Position numbers and translations under genes: made by a program. Positions 1-15,000 of a DNA stretch of 64,000 nt are shown in pieces. How positions within the stretch are numbered: the stretch's first letter is position 1; each line of letters starts with the position of its first letter. The notes under the pieces are model-generated. The model had not been told where the DNA came from and did no database searches. It saw only the letters and a list, made by a program, of their open reading frames with translations. Origin of the DNA: Malacoraja senta (taxonomy: Eukaryota); assembly GCA_038087875.1 (NCBI GenBank), contig JAXLNO010000338.1, positions 62,001-126,000 of the forward strand, given 5' to 3'.

Positions 1-3000
1 GGTCGCCACAAACCCGGTAAGGTCGCCACATTCCCGGCAAGGTCGCCATATATCCGTCAAGGTCGCCACAAATCCGGCAAGGTCGCCACATTTCAGGCAA
101 AGTCGCCATAAATCGGGCAAGATCGCTACATTCCTGGCAATGTCGCCATAAATCCGGCAACGTCGCCGCAAATCCGGCAAGGTCGCCACATTTTCGGCAA
201 GGTCGCCATAAATCCGGCAAGGTCGCCACAAATCCACCAAGTTCGCCACAAATGCGGCAAGGCCGCCACATTTCCGGCAAGGTCGCCATAAATCCGGCAA
301 GTTCACCATAAATCCGGCAAGGTCGCCACAAATGCGGCAAAGGCGCCATATATCCGGCAAGGTCGCCATATATCCGGCAAGGGCGCCATAAATCCGGCGA
401 GGTCGCCATATTCCCGGCAAAGTCACCACAAATCCGGCAATTCGCCATAAATCCGGCAAGGTCCCCATGTTTCCGGCAAGTTCGCCACAATTCCGGCAAG
501 GTCGCCATATTTCCGGCAAGGTCGCCGTAAATCCGGCAAGGTCGCAACAAATCCGGCGAGGACGCCATATTTCCGGCAAGGTCGCCATAAATCCGGCAAG
601 GTCGCCAAAAATCCGGAGAGGTCGCCATATTTCCGGCAAGGTCGCCACAAATCCGGCAAGGTCGCAATAAATCCGGCGAGGTCGCCATTTGTCCGTCAAG
701 GTCGCCATAAATCCGGCAAGGTAGCCACAAATCAGGCAAGGTCTCCTTATTTCCGGCAAGGTCGCCACAAATCCGGCCAGGGCGGCATAAATACGGCAAG
801 GTCGCCATAAATCAGGCAAAGTCGCCACAAATCCGGCAAGGTCGCCGTTTTTGCGGCAAGGTCGCCATAAATCCCACAAGGTCGCCACAAATCCGGCAAG
901 GTCGACATATTTCCAGCAAGGTCGCCATAAATCAGGCAAGGTCGCCACAAATCCGGCAAGGTCGCCATATTTCCGGCGAGGTCGTCATAAATCCCGCAAG
1001 GTCGCCATAAATCCGGCAAGGTCGACATATTTCCAGCAAGGTCTCCATAAATCCGGCATGGTCGCCACAAATCCGGCAAGGTCGCAATATTTCCGGCGAG
1101 GTCGTCATGAATCCGGCAAGGTCGCCACAAATCCGGCAAGGTCGTCATATTCCCGGCAACGTCGCCATAAATCCCGCGAGGTGGCCATATTTCCGGCAAG
1201 GTCGCCACAAATCCGGCAAGGTCGCCATAAATCCGGCGAGGTCGCCATATGTCCGTCAAGGTCGCCATAAATACGGCAAGGTAGCCACAAATCAGGCAAG
1301 GTCGCCTTATTTCCGGCAAGGTAGCCACAAATCCGGCAAGGTCTCCTTATTTCCGGCAAGGTCGACACAAATCCGGCCAGGGCGGCATAATTCCGGCAAG
1401 GTCGCCATAAATCAGGCAAAGTCGCCACAAATCCGGCAAGGTCGCCATTTTTCCGGCAAGGTCGCCATAAATCCCGCAAGGTCGCCACAAATCCGGCAAG
1501 GTCGACATATTTCCAGCAACGTCTCCATAAATCAGGCAAGGTCGCCACAAATCCGGCAAGGTCGCCATATTTACGGCGAGGTCGTCATAAATCCCGCAAG
1601 GTCGCCATAAATCCGGCAAGGTCGACATATTTCCAGCAAGGTCTCCATAAATCCGGCATGGTCGCCACAAATCCGGCAAGGTCGCAATATTTCCGGCGAG
1701 GTCGTCATGAATCCGGCAAGGTCGCCACAAATCCGGCAAGGTCGCCATTTTTCCGGCAAGGTCGCCATAAATCCCGCAAGGTCACCACAAATCCGGCAAG
1801 GTCGACATATTTCCAGCAAGGTCTCCATAAATCAGGCAAGGTCGCCACAAATCCGGCAAGGTCGCCATATTTCCGGCGAGGTCGTCATAAATCCCGCAAG
1901 GTCGCCATAAATCCGGCAAGGTCGAAATATTTCCAGCAAGGTCTCCATAAATCCGGCATGGTCGCCACAAATCCGGCAAGGTCGCAATATTTCCGGCGAG
2001 GTCGTCATGAATCCGGCAAAGTCGCCACAAATCCGGCAAGGTCGCCATATTCCCGGCAAGGTCGCCATAAATCCCGCGAGGTGGCCATATTTCCGGCAAG
2101 GTCGCCATATTTCCGGCAAGTTCGCCACAAATTCGGCGAGGTCGCCATATTTCCGGCAAGGTCGCCATATATCCGGCAAGGTCGACATAATTCCGGCGAG
2201 GACGCCATATTCCCGGCAAAGTCGCCACAAATCCGGCAAGGTCGCCATAAATCCGGCAAGGTCGCCATATTTCCGGCAAGTTCGCCACAAATCCGGCAAG
2301 GTCGCCATATTTCCGGCAAGGCGCCGTAAATCCGGCAAGGTCGCAACAAATCCGGCGAGGACGCCATATTTCCGGCAAGGTCGGCATAAATCCGGCAAGG
2401 TAGCCACAAATCAGGCATGGTCGCCTTATTTCCGGCAAGGTCGCCGTAAATCCGGCAAGGTCGCAACAAATCCGGCGAGGACGCCATATTTCCGGCAAGG
2501 TCGCCATAAATCCGGCGAGGTCGCTATAAATCCTGCGAGTTCGCCATATTTCCGTCAAGGTCGCCATAAATGCGGCGAAGTCGCCATATTTACGGCAAGG
2601 TCGCCACAAATCCGGCGATGTTGCCATATTTCCGGCAAGGACGCCATAAATCCGGCGAGGTCGCCATAATTCCGGCAAGGTCGCCATATATCCGGCAAGG
2701 TCGCCATAAATCCGGCGAGGTCGCCATATTTCCGGCAAAGTCGCCACAAATCCGGCAAGGTCGCCATAAATCCGGCAAGGTCGCCAGAAATCCGGCAAGG
2801 TCGCCATATTTCCGGCAAGGTCGCCACATTTCCGGCAATGTCGCCATATTTCCGACAAGGTCACCATTAATCCGCCAAGGTCGCCACAAATGCGGCAAGG
2901 TCGCCATATTCCCAGCAAGGTCTCCATAAATCAGGCAAGGTCGCCACAAATCCGGCAAGGTCGCCATATTTCCGGCGAGGTCGTCATAAATCCCGCAAGG

Positions 3001-6000
3001 TCGCCATAAATCCGGCAAGGTCGATATATTTCCAGCAAGGTCTCCATAAATCCGGCATGGTCGCCACAAATCCGGCAAGGTCGCAATATTTCCGGCGAGG
3101 TCGTCATGAATCCGGCAAAGTTGCCACAAATCCGGCAAGGTCGCCATATTCCCAGCAAGGTCGCCATAAATCCCGCGAGGTGGCCATATTTCCGGCAAGG
3201 TCGCCATATTTCCGGCAAGTTCGCCACAAATTCGGCGAGGTCGCCATATTTCCGGCAAGGTCGCCATATATCCGGCAAGGTCGACATAATTCCGGCGCGG
3301 TAGCCATATTCCCGGCAAAGTCGCCACAAATCCGGCAAGGTCGCCATAAATCCGGCAAGGTCGCCATATTTCCGGCAAGTTCGCCACAAATCCTGCAAGG
3401 TCGCCATATTTCCGGCAAGGCGCCGTAAATCCGGCAAGGTCGCAACAAATCCGGCGAGGACGCCATATTTGCGGCAAGGTCGCCATAAATCCGGCAAGGT
3501 AGCCACAAATCAGGCAAGGTCGCCTTATTTCCGGCAAGGTCGCCGTAAATCCGGCAAGGTCGCAACAAATCCGGCGAGGACGCCATATTTCCGGCAAGGT
3601 CGCCATAAATCCGGCGAGGTCGCCATAAATCCTGCGAGGTCGCCATATTTCCGGCAAGGTCGCCATAAATGCGGCGAAGTCGCCATATTTCCGGCAAGGT
3701 CGCCACAAATCCGGCGATGTTGCCATATTTCCGGCAAGGACGCCATAAATCCGGCGAGGTCGCCATAATTCCGGCAAGGTCGCCATATATCCGGCAAGGT
3801 CGCCATAAATCCGGCGAGGTCGCCATATTTCCGGCAAAGTCGCCACAAATCCGGCAAGGTCGCCATAAATCCGGCAAGGTCGCCAGAAATCCGGCAAGGT
3901 CGCCATATTTCAGGCAAGGTCCCCATACATCCTGCAAGATCGCCACAAATCCGGCAAGGTCGCCATATTTCCGACATGGTTGCCATAAATCCGGCAAGGT
4001 CGCCACAAATCTGTCAAGGTCGCCATATTTCCGGCAAGGTCGCCCTAAATCCGGCAATGTCGCAACAAATCCGGCAAGGTCGCCATATTTCCGGCAAATT
4101 CGCCATATTTCCGGCAAGGTCGCCATAAATCCGGCGAGGTCGCCATTAATCCGGCGAGGCCGCCATATTTCCGGCAAGGTCGCCATATATCCGGCGAGGT
4201 CGCCATTTATCCGGCAAGGTCGCAATAAATCCGGCGAGGTCGCCATATTTCCGGCAAGGTCGCCACAAACCCGGCAAGGTCGCCATAAATCCGGCAAGGT
4301 CGCCGTAAATCCAGCAAGGTCGCCATAATTCCGGCAAGGTCGCCATAACCCTGGCGAGGTCGCCATCTTTCCGGCAAGGTCGCCATAAATCCGGCGAGGT
4401 GGCCATATTTCCGGCAAGGTCCCCATACATCCTGCAAGATCGCCACAAATCCGGCAAGGTCGCCATATTTCCGACATGGTCGCCATAAATCCGGCAAGGT
4501 CGCCACAAATCTGTCAAGGTCGCCATATTTCCGGCAAGGTCGCCCTAAATCCGGCAATGTCGCAACAAATCCGGCAAGGTCGCCATATTTCCGGCAAATT
4601 CGCCATATTTCCGGCAAGGACGCCATAAATCCGGCGAGGTCGCCATAATTCCGGCAAGGTCGCCATATATCCGGCAAGGTCGCCATAAATCCGGCGAGGT
4701 CGCCATATTTCCGGCAAAGTCGCCACAAATCCGGCAAGGTCGCCATAAATCCGGCAAGGTCGCCAGAAATCCGGCAAGGTCGCCATATTTCCGGCAATGT
4801 CGCCACATTTCCGGCAATGTCGCCATATTTCCGACAAGGTCACCATTAATCCGCCAAGGTCGCCACAAATGCGGCAAGGTCGCCATATTCCCAGCAAGGT
4901 CTCCATAAATCAGGCAAGGTCGCCACAAATCCGGCAAGGTCGCCATATTTCCGGCGAGGTCGTCATAAATCCCGCAAGGTCGCCATAAATCCGGCAAGGT
5001 CGACATATTTCCAGCAAGGTCTCCATAAATCCGGCATGGTCGCCACAAATCCGGCAAGGTCGCAATATTTCCGGCGAGGTCGTCATGAATCCGGCAAAGT
5101 TGCCACAAATCCGGCAAGGTCGCCATATTCCCAGCAAGGTCGCCATAAATCCCGCGAGGTGGCCATATTTCCGGCAAGGTCGCCATATTTCCGGCAAGTT
5201 CGCCACAAATTCGGCGAGGTCGCCATATTTCCGGCAAGGTCGCCATATATCCGGCAAGGTCGACATAATTCCGGCGCGGTAGCCATATTCCCGGCAAAGT
5301 CGCCACAAATCCGGCAAGGTCGCCATAAATCCGGCAAGGTCGCCATATTTCCGGCAAGTTCGCCACAAATCCTGCAAGGTCGCCATATTTCCGGCAAGGC
5401 GCCGTAAATCCGGCAAGGTCGCAACAAATCCGGCGAGGACGCCATATTTGCGGCAAGGTCGCCATAAATCCGGCAAGGTAGCCACAAATCAGGCAAGGTC
5501 GCCTTATTTCCGGCAAGGTCGCCGTAAATCCGGCAAGGTCGCAACAAATCCGGCGAGGACGCCATATTTCCGGCAAGGTCGCCATAAATCCGGCGAGGTC
5601 GCCATAAATCCTGCGAGGTCGCCATATTTCCGGCAAGGTCGCCATAAATGCGGCGAAGTCGCCATATTTCCGGCAAGGTCGCCACAAATCCGGCGATGTT
5701 GCCATATTTCCGGCAAGGACGCCATAAATCCGGCGAGGTCGCCATAATTCCGGCAAGGTCGCCATATATCCGGCAAGGTCGCCATAAATCCGGCGAGGTC
5801 GCCATATTTCCGGCAAAGTCGCCACAAATCCGGCAAGGTCGCCATAAATCCGGCAAGGTCGCCAGAAATCCGGCAAGGTCGCCATATTTCAGGCAAGGTC
5901 CCCATACATCCTGCAAGATCGCCACAAATCCGGCAAGGTCGCCATATTTCCGACATGGTTGCCATAAATCCGGCAAGGTCGCCACAAATCTGTCAAGGTC

Positions 6001-9000
6001 GCCATATTTCCGGCAAGGTCGCCCTAAATCCGGCAATGTCGCAACAAATCCGGCAAGGTCGCCATATTTCCGGCAAATTCGCCATATTTCCGGCAAGGTC
6101 GCCATAAATCCGGCGAGGTCGCCATTAATCCGGCGAGGCCGCCATATTTCCGGCAAGGTCGCCATATATCCGGCGAGGTCGCCATTTATCCGGCAAGGTC
6201 GCAATAAATCCGGCGAGGTCGCCATATTTCCGGCAAGGTCGCCACAAACCCGGCAAGGTCGCCATAAATCCGGCAAGGTCGCCGTAAATCCAGCAAGGTC
6301 GCCATAATTCCGGCAAGGTCGCCATAACCCTGGCGAGGTCGCCATCTTTCCGGCAAGGTCGCCATAAATCCGGCGAGGTGGCCATATTTCCGGCAAGGTC
6401 CCCATACATCCTGCAAGATCGCCACAAATCCGGCAAGGTCGCCATATTTCCGACATGGTCGCCATAAATCCGGCAAGGTCGCCACAAATCTGTCAAGGTC
6501 GCCATATTTCCGGCAAGGTCGCCCTAAATCCGGCAATGTCGCAACAAATCCGGCAAGGTCGCCATATTTCCGGCAAATTCGCCATATTTCCGGCAAGGTC
6601 GCCATAAATCCGGCGAGGTCGCCATTAATCCGGCGAGGCCGCCATATTTCCGGCAAGGTCGCCATATATCCGGCGAGGTCGCCATTTATCCGGCAAGGTC
6701 GCAATAAATCCGGCGAGGTCGCCATATTTCCGGCAAGGTCGCCACAAACCCGGCAAGGTCGCCATAAATCCGGCAAGGTCGCCGTAAATCCAGCAAGGTC
6801 GCCATAATTCCGGCAAGGTCGCCATAACCCTGGCGAGGTCGCCATCTTTCCGGCAAGGTCGCCATAAATCCGGCGAGGTGGCCATATTTCCGGCAAGGTC
6901 GCCATATTTCCGGCAAGTTCGCCACAAATTCGGCGAGGTCGCCATATTTCCGTCAAGGTCGCCATATATCCGGCAAGGTCGCCATAAATCCGGCCAGGTC
7001 GCCATATTCCCGGCAAAGTCGCCACAAATCCGGCAAGGTCGCCATAAATCCGGCAAGGTCGCCATATTTCCGGCAAGTTCGCCACAAATCCGGCAAGGTC
7101 GCCATATTTCCGGCAAGGTCGCCGTAAATCCGGCAAGGTCGCAACAAATCCGGCGAGGACGCAATATTTCCGGCAAGGTCGCCACAAATCCGGCAAGTTC
7201 GCCATAAATCCGGCGAGGTCGCCATATGTCCGTCAAGGTCGCCATAAATCCGGCAAGGTAGCCACAAATCAGGCAAGGTCGCCTTATTTCCGGCAAGGTC
7301 GCCGTAAATCCGGCAAGGTCGCAACAAATCCGACGAGGACGCCATATTTCCGGCAAGGTCGCCATAAATCCGGCAAGGTCGCCAAAAATCCGGAGAGGTC
7401 GCCATATTTCCGGCAAGGTCGCCACAAATCCGGCAAGCTCGCCATAAATCCGGCGAGGTCGCCATATGTCCGTCAAGTTCGCCATAAATCCGGCAAGGTA
7501 GCCACAAATCAGGCAAGGTCGCCTTATTTCCGGCAAGGTCGCCACAAATCCGGCCAGGGCGCCATAATTCCGGCAAGGTCGCCATGAATCAGGCAAAATC
7601 GCCACAAATCCGGCAAGGTCGCCATTTTTCCGGCAAGGTCGCCATAAATCCCGCAAGGTCGCCATAAATCCGGCAATGTCGACATATTTCCAGCAAGGTC
7701 TCCATAAATCAGGCATGGTCGCCACAAATCCGGCAAGGTCGCCATATTCCCGGCAAGGTCGCCATAAACCTGGCGAGGTCGCCATCTTTCCGGCAAGGTC
7801 GCCATAAATCCGGCAAGGTCCCCATGTTTCCGGCAAGTTCGCCACAATTCCGGCAAGGTCGCCATATTTCCGGCAAGGTGGCCGTAAATCCGGCAAGGTC
7901 GCAACAAATCCGGCGAGGACGCCATATTTCCGGCAAGGTCGCCATAAATCCGGCAAGGTCGCCAAAAATCCGGAGAGGTCGCCATATTTCCGGCAAGGTC
8001 GCCACAAATCCGGCAAGGTCGCCATAAATCCGGCGAGGTCGCCATTTGTCCGTCAAGGTCGCCATAAATCCGGCAAGGTAGCCACAAATCAGGCAAGGTC
8101 TCCTTATTTCCGGCAAGGTCGCCACAAATCCGGCCAGGGCGGCATAAATACGGCAAGGTCGCCATAAATCAGGCAAAGTCGCCACAAATCCGGCAAGGTC
8201 GCCATTTTTGCGGCAAGGTCGCCATAAATCCCGCAAGGTCGCCACAAATCCGGCAAGTTCGACATATTTCCAGCAAGGTCGCCATAAATCAGGCAAGGTC
8301 GCCACAAATCCGGCAAGGTCGCCATATTTACGGCGAGGTCGTCATAAATCCCGCAAGGTCGCCATAAATCCGGCAAGGTCGACATATTTCCAGCAAGGTC
8401 TCCATGAATCCGGCAAGGTCGCCACAAATCCGGCAAGGTCGTCATATTCCCGGCAAGGTCGCCATAAATCCCGCGAGGTGGCCATATTTCCGGCAAGGTC
8501 GCCACAAATCCGGCAAGGTCGCCATAAATCCGGCGAGGTCGCCATATGTCCGTCAAGTTCGCCATGAATACGGCAAGGTAGCCACAAATCAGGCAAGGTC
8601 GCCTTATTTCCGGCAAGGTAGCCACAAATCAGGCAAGGTCTCCTTATTTCCGGCAAGGTCGCCACAAATCCGGCCAGGGCGGCATAATTCCGGCAAGGTC
8701 GCCATAAATCAGGCAAAGTCGCCACAAATCCGGCAAGGTCGCCATATTTCCGGCGAGGTCGTCATAAATCCCGCAAGGTCGCCATAAATCCGGCAAGGTC
8801 GACATATTTCCAGCAAGGTCTCCATAAATCCGGCATGGTCGCCACAAATCCGGCAAGGTCGCAATATTTCCGGCGAGGTCGTCATGAATCCGGCAAGGTC
8901 GCCACAAATCCGGCAAGGTCGCCATATTCCCGGCAAGGTCGCCATAAATCCCGCGAGGTGGCCATATTTCCGGCAAGGTCGCCATATTTCCGGCAAGTTC

Positions 9001-12000
9001 GCCACAAATTCGGCGAGGTCGCCATATTTCCGGCAAGGTCGCCATATATCCGGCAAGGTCGACATAATTCCGGCGAGGTCGCCATATTCCCGGCAAAGTC
9101 GCCACAAATCCTGCAAGGTCGCCATAAATCCGGCAAGGTCGCCATATTTCCGGCAAGTTCGCCACAAATCCGGCAAGGTCGCCATATTTCCGGCAAGGCG
9201 CCGTAAATCCGGCAAGGTCGCAACAAATCCGGCGAGGACGCCATATTTCCGGCAAGGTCGCCATAAATCCGGCAAGGTCGCCAAAAATCCTGAGAGGACG
9301 ACATATTTCCGGAAAGGTCGTCCTAAATCCGGCGAGGCCGCCATAAATCCGGCGTGGTCGCCATATTTCCGGCAAGGTCGCCATAAATCCGGCGAGGTCG
9401 CCATAAATCCTGCGAGGTCGCCATATTTCCGGCAAGGTCGCCATAAATGCGGCGAGGTCGCCATATTTCCGGCAAGGTCGCCACAAATCCGGCGATGTTG
9501 CCATATTTCCGGCAAGGACGCCATAAATCCGGCGAGGTCGCCATAATACCGGCAAGGTCGCCATATATCCGGCAAGGTCGCCATAAATCCGGCGAGGTCG
9601 CCATATTTCCGGCAAAGTCGCCACAAATCCGGCAAGGTCGCCATAAATCCGGCAAGGTCGCCAGAAATACGGCAAGGTCGCCATATTTCCGGCAAGGTCC
9701 CCATACATCCTGCAAGATCGCCACAAATCCGGCAAGGTCGCCATATTTCCGACATGGTCACCATAAATCCGGCAAGGTCGCCACAAATCTGGCAAGGTCG
9801 CCATATTTCCGGCAAGGTCGCCCTAAATCCGGCAGTCGCAACAAATCCGGCAAGGTCGCCATATTTCCGGCAAAGTCGGCATATTTCCGGCAAGGTCGCC
9901 ATAAATCCGGCGAGGTCGCCATTAATCCGGCGAGGCCGCCATATTTCCGGCAAGGTCGCCATATATCCGGCGAGGTCGCCATTTATCCGGCAAGGTCGCA
10001 ATAAATCCGGCGAGGTCGCCATATTTCCGGCAAGGTCGCCACAAACCCGGCAAGGTCGCCATAAATCCGGCAAGGTCGCCGTAAATCCAGCAAGGTCGCC
10101 ATAATTCCGGCAAGGTCGCCATAACCCTGGCGAGGACGCCATCTTTCCGGCAAGGTCGCCATAAATCCGGCGAGGAGGCCATATTTCCGGCAAGGTCGCC
10201 ATATTTCCGGCAGGTTCGCCACAAATTCGGCGAGGTCGCCATATTTCCGTCAAGGTCGCCATATATCCGGCAAGGTCGCCATAAATCCGGCGAGGTCGCC
10301 ATATTCCCGGCAAAGTCGCCACAAATACGGCAAGGCCGCCATAAATCCGGCAAGGTCGCCATATTTCCGGCAAGTTCGCCACAAATCCGGCAAGGTCGCC
10401 ATATTTCCGGCAAGGTCGCCGTAAATCCGGCAAGGTCGCAACAAATCCGGCAAGGACGCCATATTTCCGGCAAGGTCGCCACAAATCCGGCAAGTTCAGC
10501 ATAAATCCGGCGAGGTTGACATATGTCCGTCAAGGTCGCCATAAATCCGGCAAGGTAGCCACAAATCAGGCAAGGTCGCCTTATTTCCGGCAAGGTCGCC
10601 GTAAATCCGGCAAGGTCGCAACAAATCCGGCGAGGATGCCATATTTCCGGCAAGGTCGCCATAAATACGGCGAGGTCGCCATAAATCCTGCGAGGTCGCC
10701 ATATTTCCGGCAAGGTCGCCATAAATGCGGCGAAGTCGCCATATTTCCGGCAAGGTCGCCACAAATCCGGCGATGTTGCCATATTTCCGGCAAGGACGCC
10801 ATAAATCCGGCGAGGTCGCCATAATTCCGGCAAGGACGCCATATATCCGGCAAGGTCGCCATAAATCCGGCGAGGTCGCCATATTTCCGGCAAAGTCGCC
10901 ACAAATCCGGCAAGGTCGCCATAAATCCGGCAAGGTCGCCAGAAATCCGGCAAGGTCGCCATATTTCCGGCAAGGTCCCCATACATCCTGCAAGATCGCC
11001 ACAAATCCGGCAAGGTCGCCATATTTCCGACATGGTCGCCATAAATCCGGCAAGGTGGCCACAAATCTGGCAAGGTCGCCATATTTCCGGCAAGGTCGCC
11101 CTAAATCCGGCAATGTCGCAAAAAAAACGGCAAGGTCGCCATATTTCCGGCAAAGTCGCCATATTTCCGGCAAGGTCGCCATAAATCCGGCGAGGTCGCC
11201 ATTAATCCGGCGAGGCCGCCATATTTCCGGCAAGGTCGCCATATATCCGGCGAGGTCGCCATTTATCCGGCAAGGTCGCAATAAATCCGGCGAGGTCACC
11301 ATATTTCCGGCAAGGTCGCCACAAACCCGGCAAGGTCGCCATAAATCCGGCAAGGTCGCCGTAAATCCAGCAAGGTCGCCATAATTCCGGCAAGGTCGCA
11401 TTAACCCTGGCGAGGTCGCCATCTTTCCGGCAAGGTCGCCATAAATCCGGCGAGGTGGCCATATTTCCGGCAAGGTCGCCATATTTCTGGCAAGTTCGCC
11501 ACAAATTCGGCGAGGTCGCCATATTTCCGTCAAGGTCGCCATATATCCGGCAAGGTCGCCATAAATCCAGCGAGGTCGCCATATTCCCGGCAAAGTCGCC
11601 ACAAATCCGGCAAGGTCGCCATAAATCCGGCAAGGTCGCCATATTTCCGGCAAGTTCGCCACAAATCCGGCAAGGTCGCCATATTTCCGGCAAGGTCGCC
11701 GTAAATCCGGCAAGGTCGCAACAAACCCGGCGAGGACGCCATCTTTCCGGCAAGGTCGCCACAAATCCGGCAAGTTCGCCATAAATCCGGCGAGGTCGCC
11801 ATATGTCCGTCAAGGTCGCCATAAATCCGGCAAGGTAGCCACAAATCAGGCAAGGTCGCCTTATTTCCGGCAAGGTCGCCACAAATCCGGCCAGGGCGCC
11901 ATAATTCCGGCAAGGTCGCCATAAATCAGGCAAAGTCGCCACAAATCCGGCAAGGTCGCCATTTTTCCGGCAAGGTCGCCATAAATCCCGCAAGGTCGCC

Positions 12001-15000
12001 ACAAATCCGGCAAGGTCGACATATTTCCAGCAAGGTCTCCATAAATCAGGCAAGGTCGCCACAAACCCGGCAAGGTCGCCATATTTCCGGCGAGGTCGTC
12101 ATAAATCCCGCAAGGTCGCCATAAATCCGGCAATGTCGACATATTTCCAGCAAGGTCTCCATAAATCCGGCATGGTCGCCACAAATCCGGCAAGGTCGCA
12201 ATATTTCCGGCGAGGTCGTCATAGATCCGGCAAGGTCGCCACAAATCCGGCAAGGTCGTCATATTCCCGGCAAGGTCGCCAGAAATCCGGCAAGGTCGCC
12301 ACAAATCTGGCGAGGTAGCCATATTTCCGGAAAGGTCGCCATAAACCCGGCAAGGTCGCCACAAATCCGGCGAGGTCGCCTTATTTCCGGCAAGGTCGCC
12401 ATAAATCCGGCAAGGTCGCCACAAATCAAGGTCGCCATATTTCCGGCAAGGTCGCCATAATTCCGACAAGGTCGCCACAAATCCGGCGAGGTCGCCATAT
12501 TTCCGGCAAAGTCGCCACAAATCCGGCAAGGTCGCCATAAATCCGGCAAGGTCGCCAGAAATCCGGCAAGGTCGCCATATTTCCGGCAAAGTCGCCATAC
12601 ATCCTGCAAGATCGCCACAAATCCGGCAAGATCGCCATATTTCCGACATGGTCGCCATAAATCCGGCAAGGTCGCCACAAATCTGGCAAGGTCGCCATAT
12701 TTCCGGCAAGGACGCCATATATCCGGCAAGGTCGACATAAATCCGGCGAGGTCGCCATATTCCCGGCAAAGTCGCCACAAATCCGGCAAGGTCGCCATAA
12801 ACCCGGCAAGGTCGCCATATTTCCGTCAAGTTCGCCACAAATCCGGCAAGGTCGCCATATTTCCGGCAAGGTCGCCGTAAATCCGGCAAGGTCGCAACAA
12901 ATCCGGCGAGGACGCCATATTTCCGGCAAGGTCGCCATAAATCCGGCAAGGTCGCCAAAAATCCGGAGAGGTCGCCATATTTCCGGCAAGGTCGTCCTAA
13001 ACCCGGCGAGGCCGCCATAAATCCGGCGTGGTGGCCATATTTCCGGCAAGGTCGCCATAAATCCGGCGAGGTCGCCATAAATCCGGCGAGGTCGCCATAT
13101 ATCCGGCAAGGTCGCCATAAATGCGGCGAGGTCGCCATATTTCCGGCAAGGTCGCCACAAATCCGGCGATGTTGCTATATTTCCGGCAAGGACGCCATAA
13201 ATGAGGCGAGGTCGCCATAATTCCGGCAAGGTCGCCATATATCCGGCAAGGTCGCCATATATCCGGCTAGGTCGCCATATTTCCAGCAAAGTCGCCACAA
13301 ATCCGGCAATGTCGCCATAAATCCGGCAAGGTCGCCAGAAATCCGGCAAGGTCGCCATATTTCCGGCAAGGTCGCCATACATCCTGCAAGATCGCCACAA
13401 ATCAGGCAAGGTCGCCATATTTCCGACATGGTCGCCATAAATCCGGCAAGGTCGCCACAAATCTGGCAAGGTCGCCATATTTCCGGCAAGGTCGCCATAT
13501 ATCCGGCAATGTCGCAACAAATCCGGCAAGGTCGCCATATTTCCGGCAAAGTCGCCATAAATCCGGCAAGGTCGCCAAAAAATCCGGCAAGGTCGCCATA
13601 TTTCCGGCAAGGTCACCATATTTCCGGCAAGGTCGCCATAAATCCGGCGAGGTCGCCATAAATCCGGCGACGCCGCCATATTTCCGGCAAGGTCGCCATA
13701 TATCCGGCGAGGTCGCCATTTATCCGGCAAGGTCGCCATAAATCCGGCGAAGTCGCCATATTTCCGGCGAGGTGGCCATAAATCCGGCAAGGTCGCCATA
13801 ATTCCGGCGATGTCGCCATATTTCCGGCAAAGTCACCATAAATCCGGCAAGTTTGCCATAAATCTGCAAAGTCGCCATAACTCCGGCAAGGTCGCCGTAT
13901 TTCCGGCACGGTCGCCATAAATCCGGCTAGGACGCCATAAATCCGGAAAGGTCGCCATATTTCCGGCATGGTCGCCATAAATCCGGCAAGGTCGCCACAA
14001 ATCCCACAAGGTCGCCATAAATCCGGCAAGGTCGCCACAAATCCGGCAAGGTCGCCACATTTGCGGCAAGGTCGCCATAAATCCGGCAAGGTTGCCACAA
14101 ATACGGCAAGGTCGCCACAATTCTGGCAAGGTCGCCACATTTCAGGCAAAGTCGCCATAAATCGGGCAAGGTCGCCACATTCCTGGCAAGGTCGCCATAA
14201 ATCCGGCAAGGTCGCCGCAAATCCGGCAAGGTCGCCACATTTTCGGCAAGGTCGCCATAAATCCCGCAAGGTCGCCACAAATCCAGCAAGGTCGCCACAA
14301 ATGCGGCAAGGTCGCCACATTTCCGGCAAGGTCGCCATAAATCCGGCAAGTTCACCATAAATCCGGCAAGGTCGCCATAAATGCGGCAAAGTCGCCATAT
14401 ATCCAGCAAGGTCGCCATTAATCCGGCAAGGTCGCCACAAATACGGCAAGGTCGTCACAAATCCGGCAAGGTTGCCATATTTCCGGCTAGGTCGCCATAA
14501 ATCCGGCAAGGTCGCCACAAATCCGGCAAGGTCGCAATATTTCCGGCAAGGTCGCCATAAATCCGGCAAGGTCGCCCCAAATCCGGCAAGGTCGCCATAT
14601 TGCCGGCAGGGTCGCCATAAATCCGACAAGGTCGCCACAAATCCGGCGTCGCCGTATTTCCGGCGAGGTCGCCATAAATCCGGCTAGGACGCCATAAATC
14701 CGGAAAGGTCGCCATATTTCCGGCATGGTCGCCATAAATCCGGCAAGGTCGCCACAAATCCCACAAGGTCGCCATAAATCCGGCAAGGTCGCCACAAATC
14801 CGGCAAGGTCGCCACATTTGCGGCAAGGTCGCCATAAATCCGGCAAGGTTGCCACAAATACGGCAAGGTCGCCACAATTCTGGCAAGGTCGCCACATTTC
14901 AGGCAAAGTCGCCATAAATCGGGCAAGGTCGCCACATTCCTGGCAAGGTCGCCATAAATCCGGCAAGGTCGCCGCAAATCCGGCAAGGTCGCCACATTTT

